From Armatimonadota bacterium (GTDB taxonomy: Bacteria > Armatimonadota > HRBIN16), in NCBI GenBank assembly GCA_049969495.1, contig JBMFOT010000004.1, positions 11,906-75,905 of the forward strand: a stretch of 64,000 bases of DNA, written 5' to 3'. Shown here piece after piece: positions 9,019-16,752 of this stretch (positions within the stretch are counted from its first letter, which is position 1; each line of letters starts with the position of its first letter). Below the pieces are notes generated by a model, which was given only the letters and a program-made list of their open reading frames with translations, did no database searches and was not told the origin of the DNA. The translations under genes and the position numbers were made by a program.

Positions 9019-9793
9019 GATGGAAGTGGAGCGGGAGGCGAAGCTGTTTGAAGCCGGCTCCTATCCGGACAAGGGGCTGGAAGTGAGCGAGGAGCAGTTG
9101 CAGGCGCTGGTGGAGGGCTTTACCGCGCCGGTTCCGCTGATGGTAGAGCATCTGTCGCAGGGATGGCAGATTGGGCAGTTGAAGCGGTTGTGGCGACGGG
9201 GCAAGGAGCTGTTCGGGCGGCTGACCCTGCTGCCGGAGGCGGAGGCTCTGCTCAAACGGTTGGGCGTTCGTGGCATTAGTGTCGCGGTGACGCCTGATGT
9301 GAAGCGGATTGTAGAGGTATCGGTGACGGCGACGCCGCGGGTGGCGGATGCGCGCCTGCTCAGTGCGGGCGCGTTAACCTTTTCTGGGGAGATACTTTTG
9401 ACGGAGGTGACCGCGTTGGAACAGGATATGGAGGCGTTGCGCCAGCGGGCGGAGGCGGCAGAGTTTGCCCTGCGCGAGCGGCAGGTAGAGGAGACGCTGC
9501 AACGATGGCTTCGGCAGGGAAAGCTGACGCCGGCGACGCGCGAGATGGCGAAGACGCTGCTTCTGGAGGGTACGCAGACGGTGACCTTTGCAGGCGGTAG
9601 TGTAAGCATGGCGGAGGTGTTCGCCCGTTTTGTGGAGGCGTTGCCGCCGATGGTGCGTTTTGGCGAGGTGGCGCCGGCGGGAGAACCGGAGCATACACTG
9701 AGCGCGGAGGAGGAGGCGTTCCTGCGCAAGTACTGGGGCGACCTTTCGCCTGAGCGGATTGCCCGTTATCTGTCGGAAGGAAGGAGGCGATAG
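9019..9793 (+). CDS. phage head maturation protease/scaffold protein, Mu gpI-like
   Basis: SD GGAGG 8 nt upstream. Sits directly upstream of DUF2190 and gpT genes. C-terminal helical region carries a GKLTPATREMAKTLL motif reminiscent of Mu gpI. Confidence 0.55.
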
Positions 9794-9796
9794 GAG

Positions 9797-10210
9797 ATGG
9801 CAGCGTTGACGAGCGCGTACGACCCACAGGACAAGCCGGGCGAGCTGGTGAGCTACAAGGTAGGGGCGAACACGGTGATTTATAAAGGCGCGCTGGTGAG
9901 CGTGCGCAGCGATGGCTACGCCTACCCCTCGCGCAGCGGCACCGGTAGCGACGTGTTCGTAGGGGTGGCGTTCGAGAGCGTGGACAACACAGGCGGTGCG
10001 GCGGGCGCGAGGTCGGTGCGCGTGTGGAAGAGCGGCACTTACGTGTACAACGGCAGTGGCTTCACACAGGCGAGCGTGGGGCAAGCGATGTACGCAGCGG
10101 ACGACAACACGCTGACCACCACTTCTACCAACAACCAGCTGGTGGGCTACGTGGTAGAGGTGCTTTCGGCGACGCAGGCACGCATTCGGATCGACAACGC
10201 GGTACGGTAA
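9797..10210 (+). CDS. DUF2190 family phage protein (capsid cement/decoration-like)
   Basis: VFVGVAFESV...GTYVY...LTTT.TNNQLVGYVVEV...ARIRI pattern typical of DUF2190 proteins, which sit between protease and major capsid genes. Confidence 0.55.
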   Translation: MAALTSAYDPQDKPGELVSYKVGANTVIYKGALVSVRSDGYAYPSRSGTGSDVFVGVAFESVDNTGGAAGARSVRVWKSGTYVYNGSGFTQASVGQAMYAADDNTLTTTSTNNQLVGYVVEVLSATQARIRIDNAVR

Positions 10211-10224
10211 GAGGAGGATAGACG

Positions 10225-11151
10225 ATGCCAGCGATTACACGGAGCGAGATGGGCGTCCTGCTGGAGGCAGGTTTGCGTGCGGACTTCTTCGAGGCGTATC
10301 GGCGGCAGGTGGAGTCGGCGATTTACCCGCAGATTGCAACGGTGATTCAGACCGAGCTGCCCGCGCAGAAGTACGGGTGGCTGGGCAGTGTACCCGCGAT
10401 GCGCGAATTTGTGGACGAGCGCATGCCGAAGGGCTTGCGAGTAACTCATTACACCATTCAGGACACGGTGTGGGAGAGCACGATAGCGGTGGAGAGGCGC
10501 GCCCTGGAGGATGAGCAGATCGGAGCCATCCGGCTACGGGTGCAGGATTTGGGGCGCGAGGCGGCACGGCACAAGGACTATCTGGTGGTGAAAGCGTTGC
10601 TAGACGGGTTCAGCCAGGCGTGCTATGACGGTCAACCGCTCTTCTCGAATGCACACTCGGAGGGCGAGAGCGGCGCGCAGAGCAACGTCACTACCCAACC
10701 GCTGAATCCAGACAGCTTGCAGAGTGCCATCTCCACCATGATGCTGTTCAAGGACGACCAGGGCGTGCCTCTGGGCATTCTGCCGGATACGTTACTGGTG
10801 GGCCCGCGTTTGCGCTGGGCGGCGATGGAGCTGCTGGAGTCGCAGGTGGTAGTGGTTAAGGCGGGCACAGGCGACAACACGCCGTATCGCAACGTGCTGC
10901 AAGGTGCGCTGAGGCTGGTGGTCAGTCCGTATATCACGGGCAATCAGTGGTTTGTGCTGGACACCAGTCGGGCGGTGCGCGCGGTAATCCTGCAGGAGCG
11001 GTCGGATGTGCCGGTAGAGTTCTCGGCATTAGAGGACCCGTCGGTGAGCGAGAGCGTGTTTTTGCGGGACGTGGTGTATTACGGTGCGCGAGCGCGTTAC
11101 GGCGTGGGCTACGGCTTGTGGCAGACCGCTTACGGCAGCAACGCGAGCTAA
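10225..11151 (+). CDS. Mu-like prophage major head subunit gpT
   Basis: Size and sequence features match the Mu gpT family (PF10124-like), including the C-terminal ...YYGARARYGVGYGLWQ region. Strong SD GAGGAGG. Followed by a GC-rich palindrome. Confidence 0.8.
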   Translation: MPAITRSEMGVLLEAGLRADFFEAYRRQVESAIYPQIATVIQTELPAQKYGWLGSVPAMREFVDERMPKGLRVTHYTIQDTVWESTIAVERRALEDEQIGAIRLRVQDLGREAARHKDYLVVKALLDGFSQACYDGQPLFSNAHSEGESGAQSNVTTQPLNPDSLQSAISTMMLFKDDQGVPLGILPDTLLVGPRLRWAAMELLESQVVVVKAGTGDNTPYRNVLQGALRLVVSPYITGNQWFVLDTSRAVRAVILQERSDVPVEFSALEDPSVSESVFLRDVVYYGARARYGVGYGLWQTAYGSNAS

Positions 11152-11164
11152 CCCTCACCCCCTG

Positions 11165-11192
11165 CCCCTCTCCCAACGCTGCGGGAGAGGGG
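11165..11192. terminator. REP-like palindrome after the major capsid gene
   Basis: CCCCTCTCCC-AACGCTGC-GGGAGAGGGG, a perfect 10-bp stem. Same family as the elements at 13822-13851 and 32983-33012. Confidence 0.5.
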
Positions 11193-11195
11193 TGT

Positions 11196-11310
11196 TCGCT
11201 ATGCATGAAGAAGGCACTGAGAAAAATACTTCGTGTCTTAGTGGTGAATAACCACAAAGGCACTAAGGCACTAAGAAAAATACTTCGTGTCTTTGTGTCT
11301 TAGTGGTGAA
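11196..11310. repeat. low-GC imperfect tandem duplication (about 45-bp unit ending TAGTGGTGAATAA)
   Basis: AAGGCACTGAGAAAAATACTTCGTGTCTTAGTGGTGAATAA and AAGGCACTAAGAAAAATACTTCGTGTCTTTGTGTCTTAGTGGTGAATAA, joined by CCACAAAGGCACTAAGG. Confidence 0.6.
11205..11303 (+). CDS. possible 32-aa cationic repeat peptide (MKKALRKILRVLVVNNHKGTKALRKILRVFVS)
   Basis: ORF spanning the tandem repeat. Only a weak SD. Could be non-coding. Confidence 0.15.
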   Translation: MKKALRKILRVLVVNNHKGTKALRKILRVFVS

Positions 11311-11323
11311 TAAGAGGTGCATA

Positions 11324-11569
11324 ATGGACATCGGCATTCAGGTTTTGACGCTTATCGGGGCGATGGTGTCGGCGCAGTGGGCGTTTGCGCGGTTGACGTT
11401 GCGCGCGCTGGAGCGCATCATTCAGGCACAGGAGCAGACGCTTCGGGAGCACCTGACACGGCTGGAACAGGCGGTGCGGGGAAACACGGAGGCGCTTCAG
11501 GCTCTGAAAGAAACTCTTGCCTGCGTAAGGTTAAGCCATGCACGCTGGGCAGCAAGCAGAAAGGAGTGA
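11324..11569 (+). CDS. hypothetical small protein (hydrophobic N-terminus plus coiled coil)
   Basis: SD AAGAGG 6 nt upstream of ATG 11324. 81 aa. Confidence 0.45.
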   Translation: MDIGIQVLTLIGAMVSAQWAFARLTLRALERIIQAQEQTLREHLTRLEQAVRGNTEALQALKETLACVRLSHARWAASRKE

Positions 11570-11571
11570 GG

Positions 11572-12639
11572 ATGTTGCGATTCACCGATACAATGGGACG
11601 ATGGCAGGCGGTGCGGAGTGACGCGCCTTTTCCGGTAGCGGGTGGGCAGGTTCTGCACTGGCTGAACGACGACTTCAACACCGTGCTGGATACCGATATG
11701 TGGGAGGTGGTGTCGGGCAGCCCCGCTGTTGCCAGCGGCGAGCTGACCGTCGCCAGCGGCGTCGTGTTGCTCAGCAAAAAGTCGTTCCAGCCGCCATGCC
11801 TGATTGAATGCGTGGAGATGATGACCGCCCGCGCATCAACCGATAACTTCCGCATCGGCTTCTACACGGATGACAACAACCTCGTGGAGTGGAGCGCGAC
11901 GGGCACGGATCAAGCCCGCATGGACGCGCGGATGTCGGCGGGCGGTGTGGTCTCTGACCAGACGATTATCAACGTGGGTGCAGCGAACCTCTCCTACCGT
12001 CTTGCTTCCATCTACGTCGGACTGGGTGAAGCGGTCTGGGCGTATAGGACTATCAACAGCCAACTCGTACGCAATGAGGTGTATCGGATCGCTGAGAGCG
12101 GTATTCCTTCCGGCCCGTTCCGCGTCCGACTGGCAGGTCTTGCAGGCACCAGCACGTTGAAGGTGCATCGCGTGACGGCGTATCAGCTGGCGGAAACCGT
12201 TCCCCCTGGCGCGTTGGGTCATCACGTGGACGGGATGGCGTTGCCGGTCAGGCTGACCAACACGCCGTTTGCCACACAACCTTCCACCACCGCACTGGGT
12301 AGCATTCAGTCCACCACCGATACCTTCTCGTCACTGGCAGTGGGCACGGTGGGGACTGGCAGCAACCGCGCCTTCTACTCGGAGCAGTGCCACATCCAAG
12401 CGCATTTTCAGGGCGACCAACCGTTTAGCGCGTGGGTGGAAGCGCAGATCGATGGCACGAACTGGCAGGTGGTGTGGTATGGTCAGAGCATTGACGCCAC
12501 GACCGATGCGGTGCTTCGGTACTACGCGCAGAGCCCCATCATGCAGATATATGGTTCACGCAACTTCCGCGTGAAGGTGAAGAACACGGGAGCCGCTGCG
12601 GGCACCTTCAGGGGCACATTGGTAGCGACGATGCTATAG
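11572..12639 (+). CDS. hypothetical beta-rich phage-associated protein
   Basis: SD AAGGAG. ATG 11572 lies 2 nt after the upstream stop. 355 aa. No recognised motif. Confidence 0.5.
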   Translation: MLRFTDTMGRWQAVRSDAPFPVAGGQVLHWLNDDFNTVLDTDMWEVVSGSPAVASGELTVASGVVLLSKKSFQPPCLIECVEMMTARASTDNFRIGFYTDDNNLVEWSATGTDQARMDARMSAGGVVSDQTIINVGAANLSYRLASIYVGLGEAVWAYRTINSQLVRNEVYRIAESGIPSGPFRVRLAGLAGTSTLKVHRVTAYQLAETVPPGALGHHVDGMALPVRLTNTPFATQPSTTALGSIQSTTDTFSSLAVGTVGTGSNRAFYSEQCHIQAHFQGDQPFSAWVEAQIDGTNWQVVWYGQSIDATTDAVLRYYAQSPIMQIYGSRNFRVKVKNTGAAAGTFRGTLVATML

Positions 12640-12641
12640 GG

Positions 12642-12824
12642 GTGATGGTGATGAAGCGCATTCTGAAGCCGCTGATTATCCGGTGGTTAGATGAGCGGGC
12701 GTTGCGGCTGCCGCACTCGGTTAGGGAGAAGCTGGCGGATCGGTTGCAGGTAGAGGTCGCGCTCATCACCGCCGTAGAGGAAGCGATACGCGAGCAGATC
12801 ATCAAGAGCATACAGGAGTGGTGA
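12642..12824 (+). CDS. hypothetical small protein
   Basis: Tightly packed after the upstream gene. 60 aa. Confidence 0.35.
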   Translation: MMVMKRILKPLIIRWLDERALRLPHSVREKLADRLQVEVALITAVEEAIREQIIKSIQEW

Positions 12825-12827
12825 GAG

Positions 12828-13034
12828 ATGAGGGCATACGTGAAGGCTATCGGCACGAGCAACGTCACCCTCGTGGACATAGACAGCGGGGAGCGGTTCA
12901 GCGCGGGACTGGCTGCCATCCAGAAGCTGTTCGGTGTGGAGCTGAAGGAGGGCGACGTGTGGGAGTTCTACGCGAGCAAGCGTGACGACATCGCGGAGAA
13001 CTTCAAGCGGTGGCAGCTGGTTCAGCAGGCGTAG
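12828..13034 (+). CDS. hypothetical small protein
   Basis: SD GGTGAGAG upstream. 68 aa. Confidence 0.4.
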   Translation: MRAYVKAIGTSNVTLVDIDSGERFSAGLAAIQKLFGVELKEGDVWEFYASKRDDIAENFKRWQLVQQA

Positions 13035-13047
13035 GAGGTAGCGGTGG

Positions 13048-13467
13048 ATGGCGATTACGGTCACACGAGAGGCGGTGAAGCGCACCGCGGCGGTATCGTC
13101 CACCGCTTACGATGCCCAGGTCGATGCGCTCATTACCGACCTGGTTCCGGTGATAGAGTACACGCTGTCGTCGGACGCGCTGGCGGATAGCACGCTGGAG
13201 CCGGTGCTCAGTCGGGGCGCGACGGAGATTATCGCGGGCGAGTTTCTGGCACAGCGGTTGCGCGAGGAGGGGGCCACCGAGGCGTTCGAGGCGGGCGGCG
13301 TACGGGTGGGTGAAAGCCCTCAATCGCGCGCCGATTTGGGCGACCCGTACGGCCTGATTCAGCGTGGGTGGGCGCGGCTCATGCCTTTCCTGAAGCCGGT
13401 ATACACGCAATCCACCACGCGCAATCGGGAGCGGCAGGTTTCAGAGCAGACGATGCTGGGCTGGTAG
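13048..13467 (+). CDS. phage head-tail connector candidate (gp36/DUF1320-like size and position)
   Basis: 139 aa, directly downstream of the head genes. Assigned by size and synteny only. Confidence 0.35.
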   Translation: MAITVTREAVKRTAAVSSTAYDAQVDALITDLVPVIEYTLSSDALADSTLEPVLSRGATEIIAGEFLAQRLREEGATEAFEAGGVRVGESPQSRADLGDPYGLIQRGWARLMPFLKPVYTQSTTRNRERQVSEQTMLGW

Positions 13468-13782
13468 GTGAGGGAGATGTCGGCGCGAGCAGAACGGCTG
13501 AGGTCGCTGGTGAAGCGGCATGGTGAAGATGTGGTAGTGAACGGTACGCGCACGGTGCGCATGGTGGTGTTCGTGGCAACGAGCGGGCTGTTGCGCAGTC
13601 TGTTTACCGACAACGACCTACTAACTTTCAGCCGCCCGATGTGGGCAGGGGTGGTGGCGGCGGACGAAGTGCTGAACGAGGGCGATAGCATCTCCCGCGA
13701 CGGAGTGAGCCACACAGTGCGGAGGGTGATCACCCTGAAAAGCGGAAATGCCCCCGCTGTGAAGGTAGCAGTGTGGTGGTAG
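13468..13782 (+). CDS. phage head-tail joining protein candidate
   Basis: 104 aa. ATG overlaps the upstream stop. Assigned by position in the module only. Confidence 0.35.
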   Translation: MREMSARAERLRSLVKRHGEDVVVNGTRTVRMVVFVATSGLLRSLFTDNDLLTFSRPMWAGVVAADEVLNEGDSISRDGVSHTVRRVITLKSGNAPAVKVAVWW

Positions 13783-13851
13783 GGGCAACCCCCTGTGGTT
13801 GCCCCTATCCCCCTGTGGTTGCCCCTATCCAACCATGCGACGGGAGAGGGG
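13782..13851. terminator. cluster of REP-like palindromes between convergent genes
   Basis: GGGGCAACC-CCCTGT-GGTTGCCCC hairpin, a tandem copy of CCCTGTGGTTGCCCCTATCC, then CCCCTATCC-N11-GGGAGAGGGG. Confidence 0.5.
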
Positions 13852-13858
13852 CGTTCAA

Positions 13859-15361
13859 TTATTCATCTCCGACTTCCCCGAAGTTGCGCACCAGAATGCC
13901 GAAATCGAACAGGGTGATTTCGCCGTCGCCGTCGAAGTCGGCGGTGGGTTCAAAGCCCTCCTCTCCCTCCAGTTTACCGAACGCGCTGACCAGTTTGCCG
14001 AAATCGAACAGCGTCACCTCGTTATCGCCGTCGGCGTCGCCGTTGGCGAGGTTCAGCGTCAGAGTTCCTGCCGGCACGGTGATACCCGTCAGCACGCGGC
14101 GCAGGGAGCGGTCTGCCTTGAAGGCAAGGGTATAGGTTGTCGGCGTGAGGATGAGGTCAAACGTGCCATCGGCGTTCAGTGTCGGACTGAAAGTGAGCAG
14201 GGTTTCGCCCGTTGCTGCCGAGCGCACTTCCACCTGCAGAGGCAATCTGGAGTAGTCGCCCGTGTATCCGTCCATGTTCACAGTGACGGCAGTAGGTACC
14301 GGTGTCATCAGGAAGGCACGGGTGATGCCGTTGTGCGCACCGTAGCCGGTAATCTGTCCGAAGTTGTTGATGGCACGCGCTTCGTTAAGCACCCAGCCGG
14401 AACCTGCAGGCAGGAGGTCGTTGAGGTTGCGAAGCACGCCGTCTACCCACAGGAAGGCACGCAAGGAGACGTTGTCCGATAGATAGGAGTGCCCTACCAC
14501 GTGCCCGAGTTGATTGATACCGAAGGCGCGTCCTGTGTTGCCCCCCAGTGTGCCCAGATCGATGACGGTGGTACCTTCCCACAGTACGGGACGGGTGAGG
14601 GTGCTGGTTCCCACGCGCGTGTTGGAGAAGCCCACCACCTGCCCTCGGTCGTTGATGCCGAAGGCCTCGGAGATCGTGCCGTTTGGCAGATAGGGCAGGG
14701 CATCAGTGAGCGGGTTGATAGCGGCGTAGGGCTGTGTACGGAAAGCGCGTCGGCTGCCTGCCGAGCCGGAGCCTCCCACCACCTGTCCGAGGTTGTTGAT
14801 GTCGTTGGCTAGGCTGATTTCGTCGGGATTGCCGGTGATGTTACCGAGGTCAAACCAGTCCCACCAGCCGCCCGGGTTGTAACTCCAGCGGAAGGCGTGG
14901 TACACCCCGTCGGGGTTGATAGCAGACCATCCCACGACGTGTCCGGTGTTGTTAATGCCGTACGCTCTGCCCTGCCAGGTGTTGGGGATAGGACGCAGGT
15001 CTACCATCTCGCCCGGGTCTGCCTGGCGGTTGCCGTTAAGGTCTTGCCAGATAAAAGGATGGCGTGCCTGCGCGGTGTCGGTCCAACCCACGACCTGCCC
15101 CAAGTCGTTCACGTCGCGCCCTTCGCTGGCAGTGCCCGACAATACCCCCAGGTCAATCATCACACCACCTGTCCAGAAGAAGGCGTGTCCATCCGACCAT
15201 CCGACGACTTCGCCGAGGTTGTTGATGCCGTAGCCGCGGCTTTGCCCGTTCGCGGTGATCGCGCCCAGGTCGGTGATGGTATACTGTGCGTGGGCGACGG
15301 AGAGGCTTAGCGCGAAGGAGAACGCGCAGGCGAACACGTAAAGGGTTGGTAGGCGAACCAT
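13859..15361 (-). CDS. secreted HAF-repeat protein with C-terminal CarboxypepD_reg-like plus dockerin module
   Basis: Signal peptide. Repeated GINNxGxVVGWS/GINDRGQVVGFS units (HAF family). C-terminal DADGDNEVTLFDFG...DFDGDGEITLFDFGILVRNFGEVGDE double EF-hand (dockerin type I-like). Confidence 0.75.
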   Translation of the reverse strand: MVRLPTLYVFACAFSFALSLSVAHAQYTITDLGAITANGQSRGYGINNLGEVVGWSDGHAFFWTGGVMIDLGVLSGTASEGRDVNDLGQVVGWTDTAQARHPFIWQDLNGNRQADPGEMVDLRPIPNTWQGRAYGINNTGHVVGWSAINPDGVYHAFRWSYNPGGWWDWFDLGNITGNPDEISLANDINNLGQVVGGSGSAGSRRAFRTQPYAAINPLTDALPYLPNGTISEAFGINDRGQVVGFSNTRVGTSTLTRPVLWEGTTVIDLGTLGGNTGRAFGINQLGHVVGHSYLSDNVSLRAFLWVDGVLRNLNDLLPAGSGWVLNEARAINNFGQITGYGAHNGITRAFLMTPVPTAVTVNMDGYTGDYSRLPLQVEVRSAATGETLLTFSPTLNADGTFDLILTPTTYTLAFKADRSLRRVLTGITVPAGTLTLNLANGDADGDNEVTLFDFGKLVSAFGKLEGEEGFEPTADFDGDGEITLFDFGILVRNFGEVGDE

Positions 15362-15471
15362 TTGGTTTGTCGCTCCTTTCTTGCAGTGAAACTTGCCCGG
15401 ATAGGGGTGGGCGAAATCTATGCCGAGCTGGCGAAGCTATCATAGCACTGGACACTTGGATTTGTCAAGCG

Positions 15472-16749
15472 ATGGCGAATACAGAAATCGTACGTGCTGA
15501 AGATATATGGGCGGGATACGGTGCAACGCCTGTATTAAAGGGCATCCACCTGAGTATCTCGCGCGGTGAGTTTGTGGGCTTGCTGGGACCGAATGGCAGC
15601 GGCAAGTCCACCCTGTTGCGCGTGCTCAGCGGGGTGTTAAAGCCGCAGAGAGGACAGGTGTGGCTGAACGGACAACCGCTGGCTCAGCTGCGGGCGAAGG
15701 AGGTAGCGCAGAGGCTGGCGTTTGTGCCCCAGCGTGAGGAGGTGGCGTTCGGTTTCACCGCGTGGGAGGTGGTATTGTTAGGGCGTGCGCCGTACATCGG
15801 CTGGTGGGGCAAAGAGCGCGCGGAGGACACGCAGGCGACTCGGCGAGCGATGGAGCGCACGGACAGCCTGTCGCTGGCGGAGCGGACTTTCGGCACGCTG
15901 AGCGGCGGAGAGCGTCAACGGGTGGTGCTGGCGCGTGGGTTAGCGCAAGAGACGCCTCTGCTGTTTCTGGACGAACCGTTGACGCACCTGGACGTAGCAC
16001 ATCAGGTGAGCACGCTTTCGCTGCTGCGCCAGCTCAATCGTGAAGAGGGGTTAACGATACTGGCGGCGCTGCACGACATCAACCTCGCTTCGGAGTTCTG
16101 CGACAGGCTGGTTGTGCTCCGGCAGGGGCAGCTGGTGGCGGACGGCACTCCCCCAGAGGTCATCACGCCTGCTTTGCTGGCGCGGGTGTTCGGTTTAGAT
16201 GCGTGGGTACGGGTGAATCCGGCGACGGGACGTCCGCATGTGTTGCCGCGCACGTTGCAGCACGTGGAGGCGCAGGCGGGCAACGGCAGGCGGGTGCATG
16301 TGGTCTGTGGCGGGGGTACGGGTGCGGGGTGGATTAGCACACTGGCGCGAGCGGGATGGCATCTTTCGGTAGGGGTGCTGCATCTGCTGGACAGCGACGA
16401 GGAGGTGGCGCAGGAGCTGGGCGCAGAGGTGATTACGGAGGCGCCGTTCACGCCCATCTCAGCCGAGAGCCTTGCCTTACTGCGCGAGGCACTGGCAAAG
16501 GTGGAGGCGATACTCGTTGCGCCGGTAGCGTTTGGATACGGCAACCTCGCGAACCTGCAGGCAGTGGAGGAGGTGCAACGGGCAGGCAAACGGGTGCTGC
16601 TGGCGGACTGCAACTGGCAGGAGCGCGACTTTACCGGCGGGCAGGCGTTGGAGATGATAGAGCGGCTGAAGGCGAACGGGGCGCAGGTGGTTGATACGCC
16701 GGAGGAGGCGCTGGCGGTGCTGGAGACACTTTCAACGGATGAGAGGTAG
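15472..16749 (+). CDS. ABC transporter ATP-binding protein (FecE/FepC/BtuD-like) fused to an uncharacterised roughly 165-aa C-terminal domain
   Basis: Walker A GPNGSGKST, signature LSGGERQRV, Walker B LLFLDEP, H-loop ALHDIN. The C-terminal domain carries a glycine-rich VHVVCGGGTGAG motif. No SD before ATG 15472. Confidence 0.75.
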   Translation: MANTEIVRAEDIWAGYGATPVLKGIHLSISRGEFVGLLGPNGSGKSTLLRVLSGVLKPQRGQVWLNGQPLAQLRAKEVAQRLAFVPQREEVAFGFTAWEVVLLGRAPYIGWWGKERAEDTQATRRAMERTDSLSLAERTFGTLSGGERQRVVLARGLAQETPLLFLDEPLTHLDVAHQVSTLSLLRQLNREEGLTILAALHDINLASEFCDRLVVLRQGQLVADGTPPEVITPALLARVFGLDAWVRVNPATGRPHVLPRTLQHVEAQAGNGRRVHVVCGGGTGAGWISTLARAGWHLSVGVLHLLDSDEEVAQELGAEVITEAPFTPISAESLALLREALAKVEAILVAPVAFGYGNLANLQAVEEVQRAGKRVLLADCNWQERDFTGGQALEMIERLKANGAQVVDTPEEALAVLETLSTDER

Positions 16750-16752
16750 CAT

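Noticed and set aside
10947-11303. 118-aa ORF spanning the gpT 3' end and the tandem repeat
   Set aside because: First two thirds overlap gpT in another frame and read through the REP hairpin. Only the last 32 codons are listed, as a low-confidence peptide.
15286-15471. Arg-rich N-terminal extension of the ABC ATPase ORF
   Set aside because: Overlaps the divergent HAF gene start. The ABC domain begins right after ATG 15472.
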